A stretch of 64,000 nucleotides of DNA from Phoronis australis (taxonomy: Eukaryota > Animalia > Phoronida), in contig NMRA01000109.1 of NCBI GenBank assembly GCA_002633005.1, positions 230,256 through 294,255 on the forward strand, in the 5' to 3' direction. Shown in pieces: positions 1 to 13,230 of this stretch. Position numbers and translations under genes: made by a program. Position 1 is the stretch's first letter; the number at the start of each line of letters is the position of its first letter. The notes under the pieces were generated by a model, which did not search any database, was not told the DNA's origin, and was given only the letters and a program-made list of their open reading frames with translations.

Positions 1-290
1 TCCTTCCTCATCACCTGAAAATCTACCGTTACATGCATGGACATTTAACTCGCAACACATTCTCACAAGTGATTTTCCAAATGAATTAATAACATGATCT
101 TTACTAATCCTTGGAAAATTAAAGGCATCTGAGTCGTACCATTCACCTGAAGGCAAAAATTCTGCTGAGTCGTCTTGAATATAATCGGAGAGTTTGCCAA
201 TTCTAGCATTAAGATCGCCAGCAACCAAAAGAGATACATCATCGTGGGCATTCAAAAGGGCATCTTCAATACCACAAATAAGAGGCTTTC
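1..290 (-). mobile_element. Non-LTR retrotransposon (CR1/L2-group) APE endonuclease fragment, continues past the window start
   Basis: Manual - strand translation KPLICGIEDALLNAHDDVSLLVAGDLNARIGKLSDY...VINSFGKSLVRMCCELNVHACNGRFSGDEEG. GDLNARIG and NGR-x-x-GD-x-x-G are LINE APE motifs. This frame is not in the ORF track. Confidence 0.85.
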
Positions 291-939
291 TGATAGATAA
301 AAATGAACAAACATCTATTGCGTAGCTTCAAAACGTCCTGTCACTAGATCTTCACAAAGCTTACAGTATAGGAGTTTCTACGGTAGTTTATAAATGAATA
401 CATTTCCTCAGAACCTAAACATTTAAGAGATACTGATTCAATAATGCAATGAAATTAGGCTTGATTTGATAACTACAAAACTCGATCAAAACTGTGTCGA
501 GCAGAGAACAGAAAATTCACTGTGCAATCTCTCGCAGCTAGTTTCGGAGTCGCATGGTCTATTAATATACATGTAATGCATTGATCACGTGCAGAAGATG
601 GCATTCCACGGCTAGAGTTCCATGCCTTGAATAGGCGAGCACACAACAAAAAGCTGAGCTGCTTGCATGCCCCTAAAACTCATTCCGTGCAAACCCTGTA
701 TACTACGAATTTTCAGATAAGTGAATGAGTGACCGATTCTTTGGTGCTACGTCATCATTGTATGTGCTATATCTGGGATCAGTTTTTCGAAGTGACTTTT
801 TTCGTTTTGCTTTAATCGTTCACGTCAGAAGCTAGCCTTGGTGTAAAGCTGTATACTAAATATTCAGCTTTGCCCCGATGCGGGTTAAAACTGACAAGAC
901 AAAATTCGACACAAAATTAGTTTCATTAAAAACTACTCT

Positions 940-3900
940 TCCTTGTGTAAACTAAATCATTATCGGTGTTGGCGTTATACTGTTATTATGCTGCTGAAGT
1001 TGTGGAGCGAACTTTTTCGTCGGCTTTCGAAGCCATGAAATATTGCGTCACCAATTTGTCAGTTTCTTTTTGGCGACTCTTCCATTAACTGTTCTTCTTC
1101 CACAAGGTTGTGTACATGCCAAAACAACTTATTGGAAGTGGTTTCATTTCTTTACAAGTCTTTGGTATTTTAACACTAGCAAACCAAATTTCAAAAGAGA
1201 CTTTGGTGCTGCGAAGTTGATCTCCCGAGAAATGTCGCAAAAATAGGAAATGGCTCGTGCGCGTGACACGAGTGTACTGTTTTCAAAACGACGACGTACA
1301 TGTGCTTTTGATTGTTCCAAAAGGTGGAGAATTACTCGAGAAAATGACGTTTGTTGGAAGGTTTTTCACTTTTACGGCTGTAACGGGCAAGGCGAGTGTC
1401 GGTTGACATGCACCCCTGCCGGTCTTTAGCAACATGTTAATTCAAGTTTCACGGCGAGGTGACCAGCCGAACTATCCGGGCTGTGTACATCCAGCTTTGT
1501 CGGCACAGTCGTACCGAGCTGTATTTAGACCAAAAACTAATTCTTCTAGAAGCAATCCGTTGGTGTTTCTCAGTGCTCTTATTGATTCCATCCTGCTGCG
1601 AGCTCAGTGGCTTTGATAAGATTGCGACAGATCTTGCTTTTCCAAGCTTGTAAAATTTCTTAAAGTGTGCGGAACAAAATGCCCACTCAATTCGTGTAAT
1701 TGCACTTATACCGCCGGTGGTATGTAAACAAATGAACCCTGGTCGTTATTTTGGGTGAAAATTTAGCTTATAGAATTAACATCCCGTGGAAATTTACATT
1801 CTGGTGAAAAATTGTCCGAAGGGGCGGTGGCATTTATCACGTGGCTCGCTCACATATTCAAATTGGTGCATTCTTTGGACATAATAACTTTGGTAAGCAG
1901 TAGTGAGCGTAGTCAAATGGCTGCATTGCGTTGCTCAAGCAGGGTACATCATGAAGGTTGGGTAACATCAATCAAGAAACAACAATTGCAAAGTGTCTTG
2001 GAAGTGAAATGGATACGAACCAAGGCTTCACATATTTTGTGAAGTTTCAATTCCACTGGGCATGTCGATACGCTGGTGTTTAGATTGAAGCTGCTTGTAA
2101 AAGGTCGGAATCACCTAGACTTTCTTTCATTTCTGGTTCGGTTTTTGTTTCGAATACCGAATCGGCCGATGTGCAAACTACGATCGTGTCGATTGCTGCT
2201 ACTCACATATCAATGAAGCGCTACACATTTTCAGTAGAAAACATTCCACTCTACGGTTCGCGATTGGTTACGGGGGATTTACAACGTTACGTCCAACACG
2301 AGAATTTATACCTCCTTATTAGCCTAGAATGGCAAATACAACCGTGTAATAACCCATTTAATTATCCCACTAGCGAGATAATATTTTGGCGGGAAACCGA
2401 GGCCGGTTTTGAATCCGATCGCAAGTTTCGAGTCCTGGACTTTACCACTACACTGCTCACCGGCTGACATCGTCGCACATGGAAATAATATACTTAAATG
2501 AGCACGCGCAATAATCCCATGTTCAACAAAGGTCATAGTAATGACATGTATACGCTTTGAAAAGTAAGACGCATAATTTCCTTAAAACCGATATTTTAAT
2601 TCAGTGAAATTTTTCTCTCATGTTCTCTCACTTGTAAATCACCGATCTCTAATTTGAATGCGGGTATCGTGTCGTCGAGATCCTTTGACTTGAGAATTGT
2701 ACCAAGGAGTGTAGTAGTATAAGGAGAGTTCACTTGTGAGTTCGCTGTTACCGCTACTACTAGCGCCGCCATGTGGTGAACAAGCAACGGTCAACCAGGA
2801 AGCGCCCGGCACTGTCTGTTGTCTGCAGTGTAGGCTTGCCTAATGGGCAGCCGGCGGAAGGACTATGATTAACGTACGATGTGATCGTCAGCTTTTTGGA
2901 TACTTGCAGTCCATGTATTCCAAATCAAAATGTCACTCTAACGATCGCAGGGATAATTTTAGGAAAACATAATGTACCGATGGCCATGGGTGAATATGAA
3001 TCGTGGTGACACGGCCATGGCACAATCACAGCCACAGGCCACACAGGGCCTTAAGTCTTTCATTAGTCAAGTTAGAGAATCTGTGGGTCTCGGTGAAAAG
3101 TTGTGCAGCCCTTAAAATATTCGTGGATCGACATTTGAGTCCTATTTTTTTTAGTTGACACCAAGGCGCTTTTGTCTCTATCACAATCACAGTACGACAG
3201 GACTTCTGTAGTGTAGTTTAGTGTAGGCTACCAGTCTCTGTGAACCTGGTGAGTATGAGGTTTGTTCCTGAGTCTCTCATTGATTTCTGTTCCGGTGCAA
3301 GCACTGAGAGCCGACCTTATGATTAGAGATGCAACCTACTTGTCCAAGAACTGCAACTTATGCTCTCATCACTTCGTGGAGTCCATGTTCATGAATGAAA
3401 AACAAGCTGGTATTGAATGCAGTGCCCGAGCACTATTTGATGTCCCAAATCCATCAAAAATGAAGATTTCAAAAAGTTCTCCGGAAATTATATTACAGCT
3501 GTGGAATAGGCTTTTTTTGCATTTCTGGTTATCGTCTCACAAAGCAAGTACTGGAACATCACGTGTAGAAAGGACAATTAGTCAAAATCTGGTTTTCGTA
3601 TTTTACTAAGATTGATCAGATTGAAACATTTTATGAATTGTTAGCCTGTGATTTGAAGAGAGCCAAAGTGAAACTGATGGGTCTTTTAGAGTCTGAATGG
3701 TGGACTGACCCAAGCTATCCGTATCATTTTGCTTCTCAATGACAAACACCTCTGAGTAAATTAGTTATCAGCTTCAACGCATTTCCTTGGCAAAAATAGC
3801 TGTTGTTTACTAGTGAATTAATAGAGAGTGAGAAGGTTGGTTAGATTTTCTTGTTGTATTGATGCATGTGTTGCCTATTTTGTACGTTTTTGGAGATTGT

Positions 3901-4239
3901 CATTAAAGGAGAATTCCACCCGATTTAGTTAGTCTTTTTTGCCGTCTTAATCGGTCTATATCCACATCGCTTCGCATACGGTGGACCTTACCTTGCCAAG
4001 AGGTGTCGCGCTAACCTGTGAAGAAGGTGAGAAACGACTCTAGCGACGTCATTGGTTCATATGCAGAGTGAATGCCGCTATGTTGCGGTGCATCGTTCCC
4101 GCTTGTCCGAACTAAGCAGTTGCGAGGAAAGCGGGTATATCGTTTTCTACTTCCTCGAGAGTCCGAAATGCTTAGGATTAAGTGGCTCACGGTAGTGAAG
4201 AATGATATGTACGCTGTAAATAGCAAATATGAGGCCGTG
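940..4239 (+). repeat. Direct duplication copy A (~3.3 kb), near-identical to 5112-8621
   Basis: Colinear match from TCCTTGTGTAAACT to GAGGCCGTG. Identical ORFs at 1043/5215, 1434/5606 and 1459/5631. Confidence 0.95.
3296..3480 (+). pseudogene. THAP exon 2 remnant in copy A (exon 1 deleted, acceptor mutated)
   Basis: RADLMIRDATYLSKNCNLCSHHFVESMF...LFDVPNPS. The acceptor reads TTCCG instead of TTCAG. Confidence 0.7.
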
Positions 4240-4430
4240 AAACATCTCCGTGTCTGTGGCCTGCAGACATCGACAATGCCTGGCGAATGCTGGCTTACCA
4301 AATAACTCCATACGTTCCGTTGTCTGAGCTTGTTCACGCCGCCTATCTAGCATTTCTTCATCACTGTATTCCTGTTCGAATTGATAGCCTGTACTTAACG
4401 ATCCACATGCGAAGTCGGGACTGATGAGCT
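3907..4430 (+). mobile_element. Kolobok non-autonomous element, truncated copy
   Basis: TTAA (3903-3906) then AGGAGAATTCCACCC. THAP-like ORF at 4072 (MPLCC...FLLPRESEMLRIKW...RVCG) converges on - strand YQFEQEYSDEE. Homologous to 47661-49345 in reverse orientation. Confidence 0.8.
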
Positions 4431-5110
4431 GTATAGTCCGGTCCCTTAGCAGCCAAAAACCCCAAAACATTTACACCCCGGATTAAAGCACCAAAGTTGG
4501 TACACAGATACTTTGGGACACGCTGAATCTCATGAGGGTCGGTTGCCCGAAATTTGGGGTCAAGGTCAAGGTCAAATCAAGGTCAAAGGTCACGTAGGTA
4601 TTTTTTTTTGAAATGACTTGACACAAAGTATCTGTTTCATTGCTGTTTCAGGTGATAAGCAGGATACTTTATTTTGATTTCAAATTAATGTTGATAACTT
4701 CTAAAAAACAAGTTAAAAGCATAAAAGTAATTTTCCTGACACTTAAGATGGTAATTATCATAATTAATAGAGCATATATATTTTCAATGGAAATTAAGTC
4801 TATTTGTTTTCTCTAACTGAGAAAAACTGTAAAACTAGTATGAATATGCATTAAGTCAACTCTAGAATGTTTAACCTTTTACAGAACTTCATTTTTAAAT
4901 GTCTTTGTCAAAATATTTATAATTAATTATGTAACAAATCGTCTCTGTAATTAAAAGAAATCGGACATTTTTCTAAATTTTCAAAGAACAATTGCTGAAA
5001 TTTTTATCATCATTTTTAATTTGATCATAGCTAAAGGTTAATTTGTTAATTAATGTGTTTATATTTTAGTTTGAACTTGATGGTGACATAAGTTAAACCA
5101 ATTAAGGTAA
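4431..5110. repeat. Repeat fragment with an AAGGTCA array followed by AT-rich sequence up to the gap
   Basis: GGGTCAAGGTCAAGGTCAAATCAAGGTCAAAGGTCA at about 4557-4592. The same motif (TGACCTTTGA) occurs at 50041 and 50560. Confidence 0.4.
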
Positions 5111-5111
5111 N

Positions 5112-8100
5112 TCCTTGTGTAAACTAAATCATTATCGGTGTTGGCGTTATACTGTTATTATGCTGCTGAAGTTGTGGAGCGAACTTTTTCGTCGGCTTTC
5201 GAAGCCATGAAATATTGCGTCACCAATTTGTCAGTTTCTTTTTGGCGACTCTTCCATTAACTGTTCTTCTTCCACAAGGTTGTGTACATGCCAAAACAAC
5301 TTATTGGAAGTGGTTTCATTTCTTTACAAGTCTTTGGTATTTTAACACTAGCAAACCAAATTTCAAAAGAGACTTTGGTGCTGCGAAGTTGATCTCCCGA
5401 GAAATGTCGCAAAAATAGGAAATGGCTCGTGCGCGTGACACGAGTGTACTGTTTTCAAAACGACGACGTACATGTACTTTTGATTGTTCCAAAAGGTGGA
5501 GAATTACTCGAGAAAATGACGTTTGTTGGAAGGTTTTTCACTTTTACGGCTGTAACGGGCAAGGCGAGTGTCGGTTGACATGCACCCCTGCCGGTCTTTA
5601 GCAACATGTTAATTCAAGTTTCACGGCGAGGTGACCAGCCGAACTATCCGGGCTGTGTACATCCAGCTTTGTCGGCACAGTCGTACCGAGCTGTATTTAG
5701 ACCAAAAACTAATTCTTCTAGAAGCAATCCGTTGGTGTTTCTCAGTGCTCTTATTGATTCCATCCTGCTGCGAGCTCAGTGGCTTTGATAAGATTGCGAC
5801 AGATCTTGCTTTTCCAAGCTTGTAAAATTTCTTAAAGTGTGCGGCACAAAATGCCCACTCAATTCGTGTAATTGCACTTATACCGCCGGTGGTACGTAAA
5901 CAAATGAACACTGGTCGTTATTTTGGGTGAAAATTCAGCTTATAGAATTAACATCCCGTGGAAATTTACATTCTGGTGAAAAATTGTCCGAAGGGGCGGT
6001 GGCATTTATCACGTGGCTCGCTCACATATTCAAATCGGTGTATTCTTTGGACATAATAACTTTGGTAAGCAGTAGTGAGCGTAGTCAAATGGCTGCATTG
6101 CGTTGCTCAAGCAGGGTACATCATGAAGGTTGGGAAACATCAATCAAGAAACAACAATTGCAAAGTAACTTGGAAGTGAAATGGAAACGAACCAAGGCTT
6201 CACATATTTTGTGAAGTTTCAATTCCACTGGGCATGTCGATACGCTGGTGTTTAGATTGAAGCTGCTTGTAAAAAAGGTCGGAATCACCTAGACTTTCTT
6301 TCATTTCTGATTCGGTTTTTGTTTCGAATACCGAATCGGCCGATGTGCAAACTACGATCGTGTCGATTGCTGCTACTCACATATCAATGAAGCTCTACAC
6401 ATTTTCAGTGGAAAACATTCCACTCTACGGTTCGCGATTGGTTACGGGGATTTACAAGGTTACGTCCAATACGAGAATTTATACCTCCTTATTAGCCTAG
6501 AATGGCAAATACAACCGTGTAATAACCCATTTAATTATCCCACTAGCGAGATAACATTTTGGCGGGAAACCGAGGCAGGTTTTGAATCCGGTCGCAAGAG
6601 TAGTTTCGAGTCCTGGACTTTACCACTACACTGCTCACCGGCTGACATCATCGCACATGGAAATAATATACTTAAATGAGCACGCGCAATAATCCCATGT
6701 TCAACAAAGGTCATAGTAATGACATGTATACGCTTTGAAAAGTAAGACGCATAATTTCCTTAAAACCGATATTTTAATTCAGTGAAATTTTTCTCTCATG
6801 TTCTCTCACTTGTAAATCACCGATCTCTAATTTGAATGCGGGTATCGTGTCGTCGAGATCCTTTGACATGAGAATCATACCAAGGAGTGTAGTAGTATAA
6901 GGAGAGTTCACTTATGAGTTCGCTGTTACCGCTACTACAAGCGCCGCCAAGTGGTGAACAAGCAACGGTCAACCAGGAAGCGCCAAAACAATGGGGAAGG
7001 ACGAATTTTGCAGTGCGATAAATTGCATGAATTCATCCAAGAAAAACCCAGACGTGTCATTTTGTAGGTTTCCTAAGGATCCAGAAAGGCAAGGATTATC
7101 TGTTATTCAATATGATACATTGTCTTTCATTGTGTGTGTTCTGTTCACGGTTGTTAGACAAGTCGATCGCAGTCCCGGTGCCCGGCACTGTCTGTTGTCG
7201 GCAGTGTAGGCTTGGCCTAATGGGCAGCCGGCGGAAGGACTATGATTAACGTACGATGTGATCGTCAGCTTTTTGGATACTTGCAATCCATGTATTCCAA
7301 ATCAAAATGTCACTCTAACGATAGCAGGGATAATTTTAGGAAAACATACCCATGGCCATGGGTGAATATGAATCGTGGTGACACGGCCATGGTACAATCA
7401 CAGCCACAGGCCACACAGGGCCTTAAGTCTTTCATTAGTCAAGTTAGAGAATCTGTGAGTCTCGGTGAAAAGTTGTGCAACCCTTAAAATACTCGTGGAT
7501 CGACATTTGAGTCATATTTTTTTAGTTGACACCAAGACGCTTTTGTCTCTATCACAATCACAGTACAACACGACTTCTGTAGTGTAGTTTAGTGTAGGCT
7601 ACCAGTCTCTGTGAACCTGGTGAGTATGAGGTTTGTTCCTGAGTCTCTCATTGATTTCTGTTCAGGTGCAAGCACTGAGAGCCGACCTTATGATTAGAGA
7701 TGCAACCTACTTGTCCAAGAACTGCAGCTTATGCTCTCATCACTTCGTGGAGTCCATGTTCATGAATGAAAAACAAGCTGGCATTGAATGCAGTGCCCGA
7801 GCACTATTTGATGTCCCGAATCCACCAAAAATGAAGATTTCAAAAAGTTCTCCGGAAATTATATTACACCTGTGGAATAGGCTTTTTTGCATTTCTGGTT
7901 ATTGTCTCACAAAGCAAGTACTGGAACATCACGTGTAGAAAGGACAATTAGTCAAAATCTGGTTTTCGTATTTTACTAAGATTGATCAGATTGAAACATT
8001 TTATGAATTGTCAGCCTGTGATTTGAAGAGAGCCAAAGTGAAACTGATGGGTCTTTTAGAGTCTGAATGGTGGACTGACATTTTGTTAAACCCAAGCTAT

Positions 8101-8621
8101 CCGTATCATTTTGCTTCTCAATGACAAACACCTCTGAGTAAATTAGTTATCAGCTTCAACGCATTTCCTTGGCAAAAATAGCTGTCGTTTACTAGTGAAT
8201 TAATAGAGAGTGAGAAGGTTGGTTAGATTTTCTTGTTGTATTGATGCATGTGTTGCCTATTTTGTACGTTTTTGGTGATTGTGATTAAAGGAGAATGCCA
8301 CCCGATTCAATTAGTCTTTTTTGCCGTCTTAATCGGTCTATATCCACATCGCTTCGCATACGGTGGACCTTACTTTGCCAAGAGGTGTCGCGCTAACCTG
8401 TGAAGAAGGTGAGAAACGACGCTAGCGACGTCATTGGTTCATATGCAGAGTGAATGTCGCTATGTTGCGCTGCATCGTTCCCGCTTGTCCGAACTAAGCA
8501 GTTGCGAGGAAAGCTAGTATATCGTTTTTTACTTCCTCGAGAGTCCGAAATGCTTAGGATTAAGTGGCTCACGGTAGTGAAGAATGATTTGTACGCTGTA
8601 AATAGCAAGTTTGAGGCCGTG
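5112..8621 (+). repeat. Direct duplication copy B, starting right after the N at 5111
   Basis: Same sequence as 940-4239 with scattered substitutions and indels, plus an extra ~195 bp (THAP exon 1) missing from copy A. Confidence 0.95.
6991..7860 (+). pseudogene. THAP zinc-finger pseudogene, probably transposon-derived; exon 1 6991-7088, exon 2 from 7666
   Basis: MGKDEFCSAINCMNSSKKNPDVSFCRFPKDPER, then AG|GCAAG donor and TTCAG acceptor, then RCKH* (W to stop) and RADL...NCSLCSHHFVESMF...(fs)NAVP..LFDVPNPP. This gives the C2CH THAP signature plus AVPTIF box, disrupted. Confidence 0.8.
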
Positions 8622-9565
8622 TAATGCCTTTGGAATGTTCGTGAGTGCGAATGATTTGAGAAGCCACCGTCGTTACCCGGGCTTTATGTACATGATTGAC
8701 GGGACACCGAGGCCGCGTGAGATCATGCTAATTTACTGTTTGCTGGCAGAAACTGTTGTGAAACAACTCGATTTCCATCCCAGGGCCAGGTGTTAGGGGA
8801 ATCTTTAATTACATTTACATTAATCAAATAATGATTGTCAATGTACAACTTCTGCCCTGACGGTGCTGTGGCCAAAGCGGAACGTTAACCTGAATTTGCG
8901 GACCCCGACTAGTAAGTAGATTTGCAGTTTCGTGGCTAATTCGCCAACATAATCACGTGCACATTACTTTGGCTCCCTAGTATAGTATTTTCTTGACTGG
9001 AAGTTTAGTGTCCACTGAACTTTGGCTGGTTTATGTTCGTGATGTCTGATCAGTTTCCGAGCCACTGGCCGGGATAAGTCAATCCGGCCGGCCGCGACGG
9101 GCCTGATAGGGCTCAGAGCCACTGACTAGGATAACGAGCGTTTTGTGTTTAGAACTAAAAAATTGCAAGTCAAAACAACACAGATCTAGATTCTCCTGTC
9201 TATATCTCACGGAAAATACTTCGAAATTATCTCCGAACAGACCCCAAATTCCTGCTACGGACCTTATTGGCCTGCCGAACTTTGTAGGCTACGGTGTGTC
9301 CAAATACCAATAAATCCGTAACAGCGAAATAAAACAACACGTTTTTATAAGAACTCGGTGTATTTTTAAGGTTTTTACATCGAAGTTTGATGATTTATTG
9401 GTGTTAATAGATGACTTCAAGCGATAAGCTGACACCAGTAACCCGTGTTGTGAACTGCTGAACAGACTGCGTGTGAAACCGATGATGTCATTGGATAATT
9501 TCAACACCTCCGTCTGCCGTCAGCTGTTAGGTAACGCAACCGTACGTGTCGTTATGGAGTAGAAT
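8289..9565 (+). mobile_element. Kolobok non-autonomous element, internally deleted and lacking the distal TIR
   Basis: TTAA (8285-8288) then AGGAGAATGCCACCC. After 8621 it jumps to sequence matching the reverse complement of about 48680-47715. Shared ORF 9289-9507 vs 47771-47989. Confidence 0.8.
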
Positions 9566-9964
9566 TGCCAAAAATCACCTATTAACCTGTCGGTTTTGTA
9601 GATAGAATTTACCTAAACAACATTCACGTATGAATAGACTCACCGGAGACAGCCCAAGAATTATTTTCCCTGGTGCGAAGGATGTTACAGGTGTGTAAAT
9701 CAGAAACCAACGAATTTGTTGACCAAAACGAATTGTTATAAACAATTTCCGCAGGCATATTTGCAGATTTTTGACGGATAACCGGGGGGAAATGGGAGAT
9801 AGGGCATTCATAGTAAGGTGTATTGTTGGTCTTTCGAGGTACATATAACGGTTCACGATTTGACTTGACCTCAAAGAAAAACGCTGATATATTTGTTTAA
9901 TGTGATTATTATTGCGACGTGTACACGGTCAACCCGATGGTAGCCTCGACAGCAGTGTTTTCCA

Positions 9965-12900
9965 CATGTGGGAATTTCTTACAAACAAATCATAGTGAAC
10001 ATTTTCAAAAGAGATACTATTTTTGTGATCCCCAGATGGCCCAGATATTCAAAAATTTTCTTAAAAAATTTTTTGAGTTCAATAATACTTGAAGATAGAT
10101 CACTAGATGATGAGAAAAGCATTACAAGAAAATTTGCACTCAATGACCTCGTTTTATACAATGTTGCAATTTTGCAACAATGGGAGCTGATGGTAGCAAA
10201 TGTCCTATATTTAGCTAGACATTTGTTTGTGAAAATCACTACAAAACAACATCAGATGGAACACTTTATTTGTGGCAATTACCCTAATTATCAGCAAAAA
10301 CTAACTTTGGTGTATTAGTAAACATTTTGTTTGGTGCATATGAAATTTCACCCTTCTCTCATTCCTGTAATGCAGTCAACACGTGTTCCAAGATCTCCTC
10401 GGTTGCCCCTACGGGCCAGTAATTCACACTGCTGCATATAAACATACAGATTAGTTGTGGTAACTAAATATGATAGAGACGGAAACAGATTTTTTGTGAA
10501 GTAAACCACAGATGAAGTTCACATTTCTCGCATGCAATTCCAGTAATGCCGTCAGCACAGTACTTGCACATGATCAGTGAAGTTGCAATCTGGGCCTGGA
10601 ACATTCTCAGCTTCATGAGGTCCCCTTCGGGCTTTTGAAGAGCACGAAATTCCTTTTGGTACAATAGCCAAGCATTTACCACAGCAACGGATATAGTGTG
10701 CCAAAACAGGTACAGGTACCACCTTCTGGACGTGATGCCGTACTTGTACTTTGCTGACAGAGCATCCAACAGGTCGACACCACCCATAAATTTATTGTAC
10801 TGACTGACACAAAATGGCCTTGGGATTTGGACATGTGACTTAGAGCTCTTGTCCCATCTTCTGACAATATCAGTAAGATTAGCACCAACAAAAGATGAAA
10901 TGACAGTTACTGGCTTGTTGTCATACCAGTGCACAACGCAGATGTTTTCGTTGACCTCGACTTTTTCTTCATAGGAACCTCTTCCTTGTTTTTTCATTTC
11001 CTTTTCACTTTTGAGGGTGCCCCCTTGGATACGATTGGTTAGTATAGTACCCAGGTAGGCCTACTGTATTCCACGTTCATGTAGCTTGTTAACCAGCTTG
11101 ACACCAGAAAAGAAGTTGTCCGCAATTATTTTGTAGTTCTTGTGAGATGGCAAAGTTGCTGACAAATTCAAAACAACATCCGCACACAGGCCCAGCTCAG
11201 ATTTAAACGTGCGCTGACTGACTTGGTAACTTCAAAATTGTACAGAAGTCCACTGACTGATGTTCTAGCCCAGATTTTGAAGCCCCAAGGATGTGGTTTG
11301 CCTCGAACATATTGTTTTATTCCACTAAACTTCCCATTAAATTTCACCATCATCTCATCTCATCTATTGAATTGTGCTCTGCATGGTGTAAATGTTGCTA
11401 CTTTCTGTCAAAGCATCAATCATTTCAACAGTTATGAACTGTTGGAAGTATCTATACGGCGACAGAACCTCTCCACCAAGGGGTGCATCATTACTTGAAC
11501 CTGTGAATGTAACATCACCAGGTTCGAACGTCTTGTTCCGCCACTTGAAAAGCTGCTTTTTGGTTGGTTGTTCACTAGTGCTGGGAGCAAGCTGGTTAAT
11601 AAAATGGGCTAGTGGTTCATCGTCACTATCAGAAGTTTCATCATCGCCACCAAGTTGCTGGGGAATGAAGTCATCTTCATCGTCATCATCATCATTATCA
11701 TCATCATCATCACTAACTAAGCCCTCTAATTCACTCTCATCTCCATCTAACAAATGTAGAACATCTCCCAACTCGAGGTTTTTCCTTGTCATTTTGAATC
11801 TGAAAATAAACCAGGAAATCGATTAGTGTTGCATTACGTGCTGTGGGGAAATTTCTGGCTATGTAGTATAGGGCTTCGCCGTGTGAGTTGCCTCGCAGTG
11901 TCGGTAGAAACAAAGTGGTGATAACTAGACAGTTCAGCAGTGAACCTGTCCAAATAAGTCGTGTCGTTGTGCTGACTAAATGGCAACTGATTTTATTCTG
12001 CACTCCAAGTCATTCATATACACAATCATTGACAAATAACCATGACACGTGGGCTAATACTAAGGAAATGACCAAACTATAACACAAACAACTCCCATAA
12101 ATGACTCGTAAACTAAATAAGGCAGACTGTTACGCAACCAATTCCGGAGTTGAAGGAACTCTGCAGTAAACAAAACAATACATTATCACGGAAATCCGTG
12201 ACACGTGCACTTCAAAAGAAAAATCTTCAGGAGTAGCGAGTAATAAACAATAATTATATTTGCTCGTAAAGACGCTGATTGAATGTGATATCAAAGAGAC
12301 AACGTACGTGACTCGGAAAAGAAAAAAAAAGGTCTACACAAAGATTAAAATCTGCTAAGTCAAACTTACATACAAGTCGATGGAAAGCAGCATAAAAAAT
12401 AACACAGTCGTTGAGTTTCTACTTACACACAAAGTTTATTAACTCTTAACTTCAATATATAGTGAATAGAAATTTGTGTGGGTTGTGACTGCAAAACAAA
12501 AACAATGTTGAAATATCCGGTGATCTCATCTACATCATAAACATGAATGAAGTCTGGACAGCTGCCTGCTGTGTACAGTTTCACTATGAGTGGACATTGG
12601 TTACTGACATAGTAAACAAAAACACAAGAATGTCCTGGAATAGTTGTATAACAGAAATTGTTTTGCTGGGACAGTTGTACGACAGAGGAAATGATTAAAC
12701 TTGCACTTATTTAACTACACCAAAATTCAAGACATTACTGGGTTTTACTTATAAACATTTAACATTAACTGGGCATGAACCCAACATAGTGTCAGACAGA
12801 AGACTAAACACAAGTCTGTTGTCATGGTGATGACAGAGCCCGGTGTTGCAATTATGCAACATGGCTTTTCATGACTAAGGCACTTAGAAAACAAAACATT

Positions 12901-13227
12901 ATTCAACATAAAGTTCATACCATCAAATAATATAGTCTTTAATGGTTTGAATACCTTACATTGAAAAATCAAATTTACCTGGACTGTGTAGTGAATGTCT
13001 TTGCCTTTTTTCCACATGACAGCTTGCAATATGGCGGCAGACATCTTGATTTTCTAATTCAAATAGTTTGTTCATTTGTCAAGAGAGGTCCCTCATACTG
13101 TAGCATTACTGCATCAATGGGCCTTGGAGGGTACACAATCAAATATGAGCACAAAATAATTGGGGGGTTAACTATAGATTATCAAAAGTGGTGTTGCAAT
13201 ATTACAACAAGGGGCCTTCCAGGGTGA
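9965..13227 (-). mobile_element. piggyBac (PGBD-like) DNA transposon, decayed; boundaries approximate
   Basis: Contains a piggyBac transposase. Palindromic subterminal motif TGTTGCAAT-n-T(G/A)CAACA at about 10162, 12844 and 13192. The 5' end resembles a degenerate ...CCAGGG|TTAA. Confidence 0.7.
10464..11792 (-). pseudogene. piggyBac transposase pseudogene
   Basis: Acidic N-terminus, SPYRYFQQFIT, IDEMMVKF...KPHPWGFKIW, IIADNFFSG, WYDNKPV, YNKFMGGVDLLD and a C-terminal CKYC/CEKC finger. All three catalytic D motifs are visible, but there are frameshifts, a stop and a large internal deletion near 11365. Confidence 0.93.
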
Positions 13228-13230
13228 TAA

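Noticed and set aside
11392-11826. Ser-rich 144 aa + strand ORF
   Set aside because: Reverse complement of the acidic N-terminus of the piggyBac transposase.
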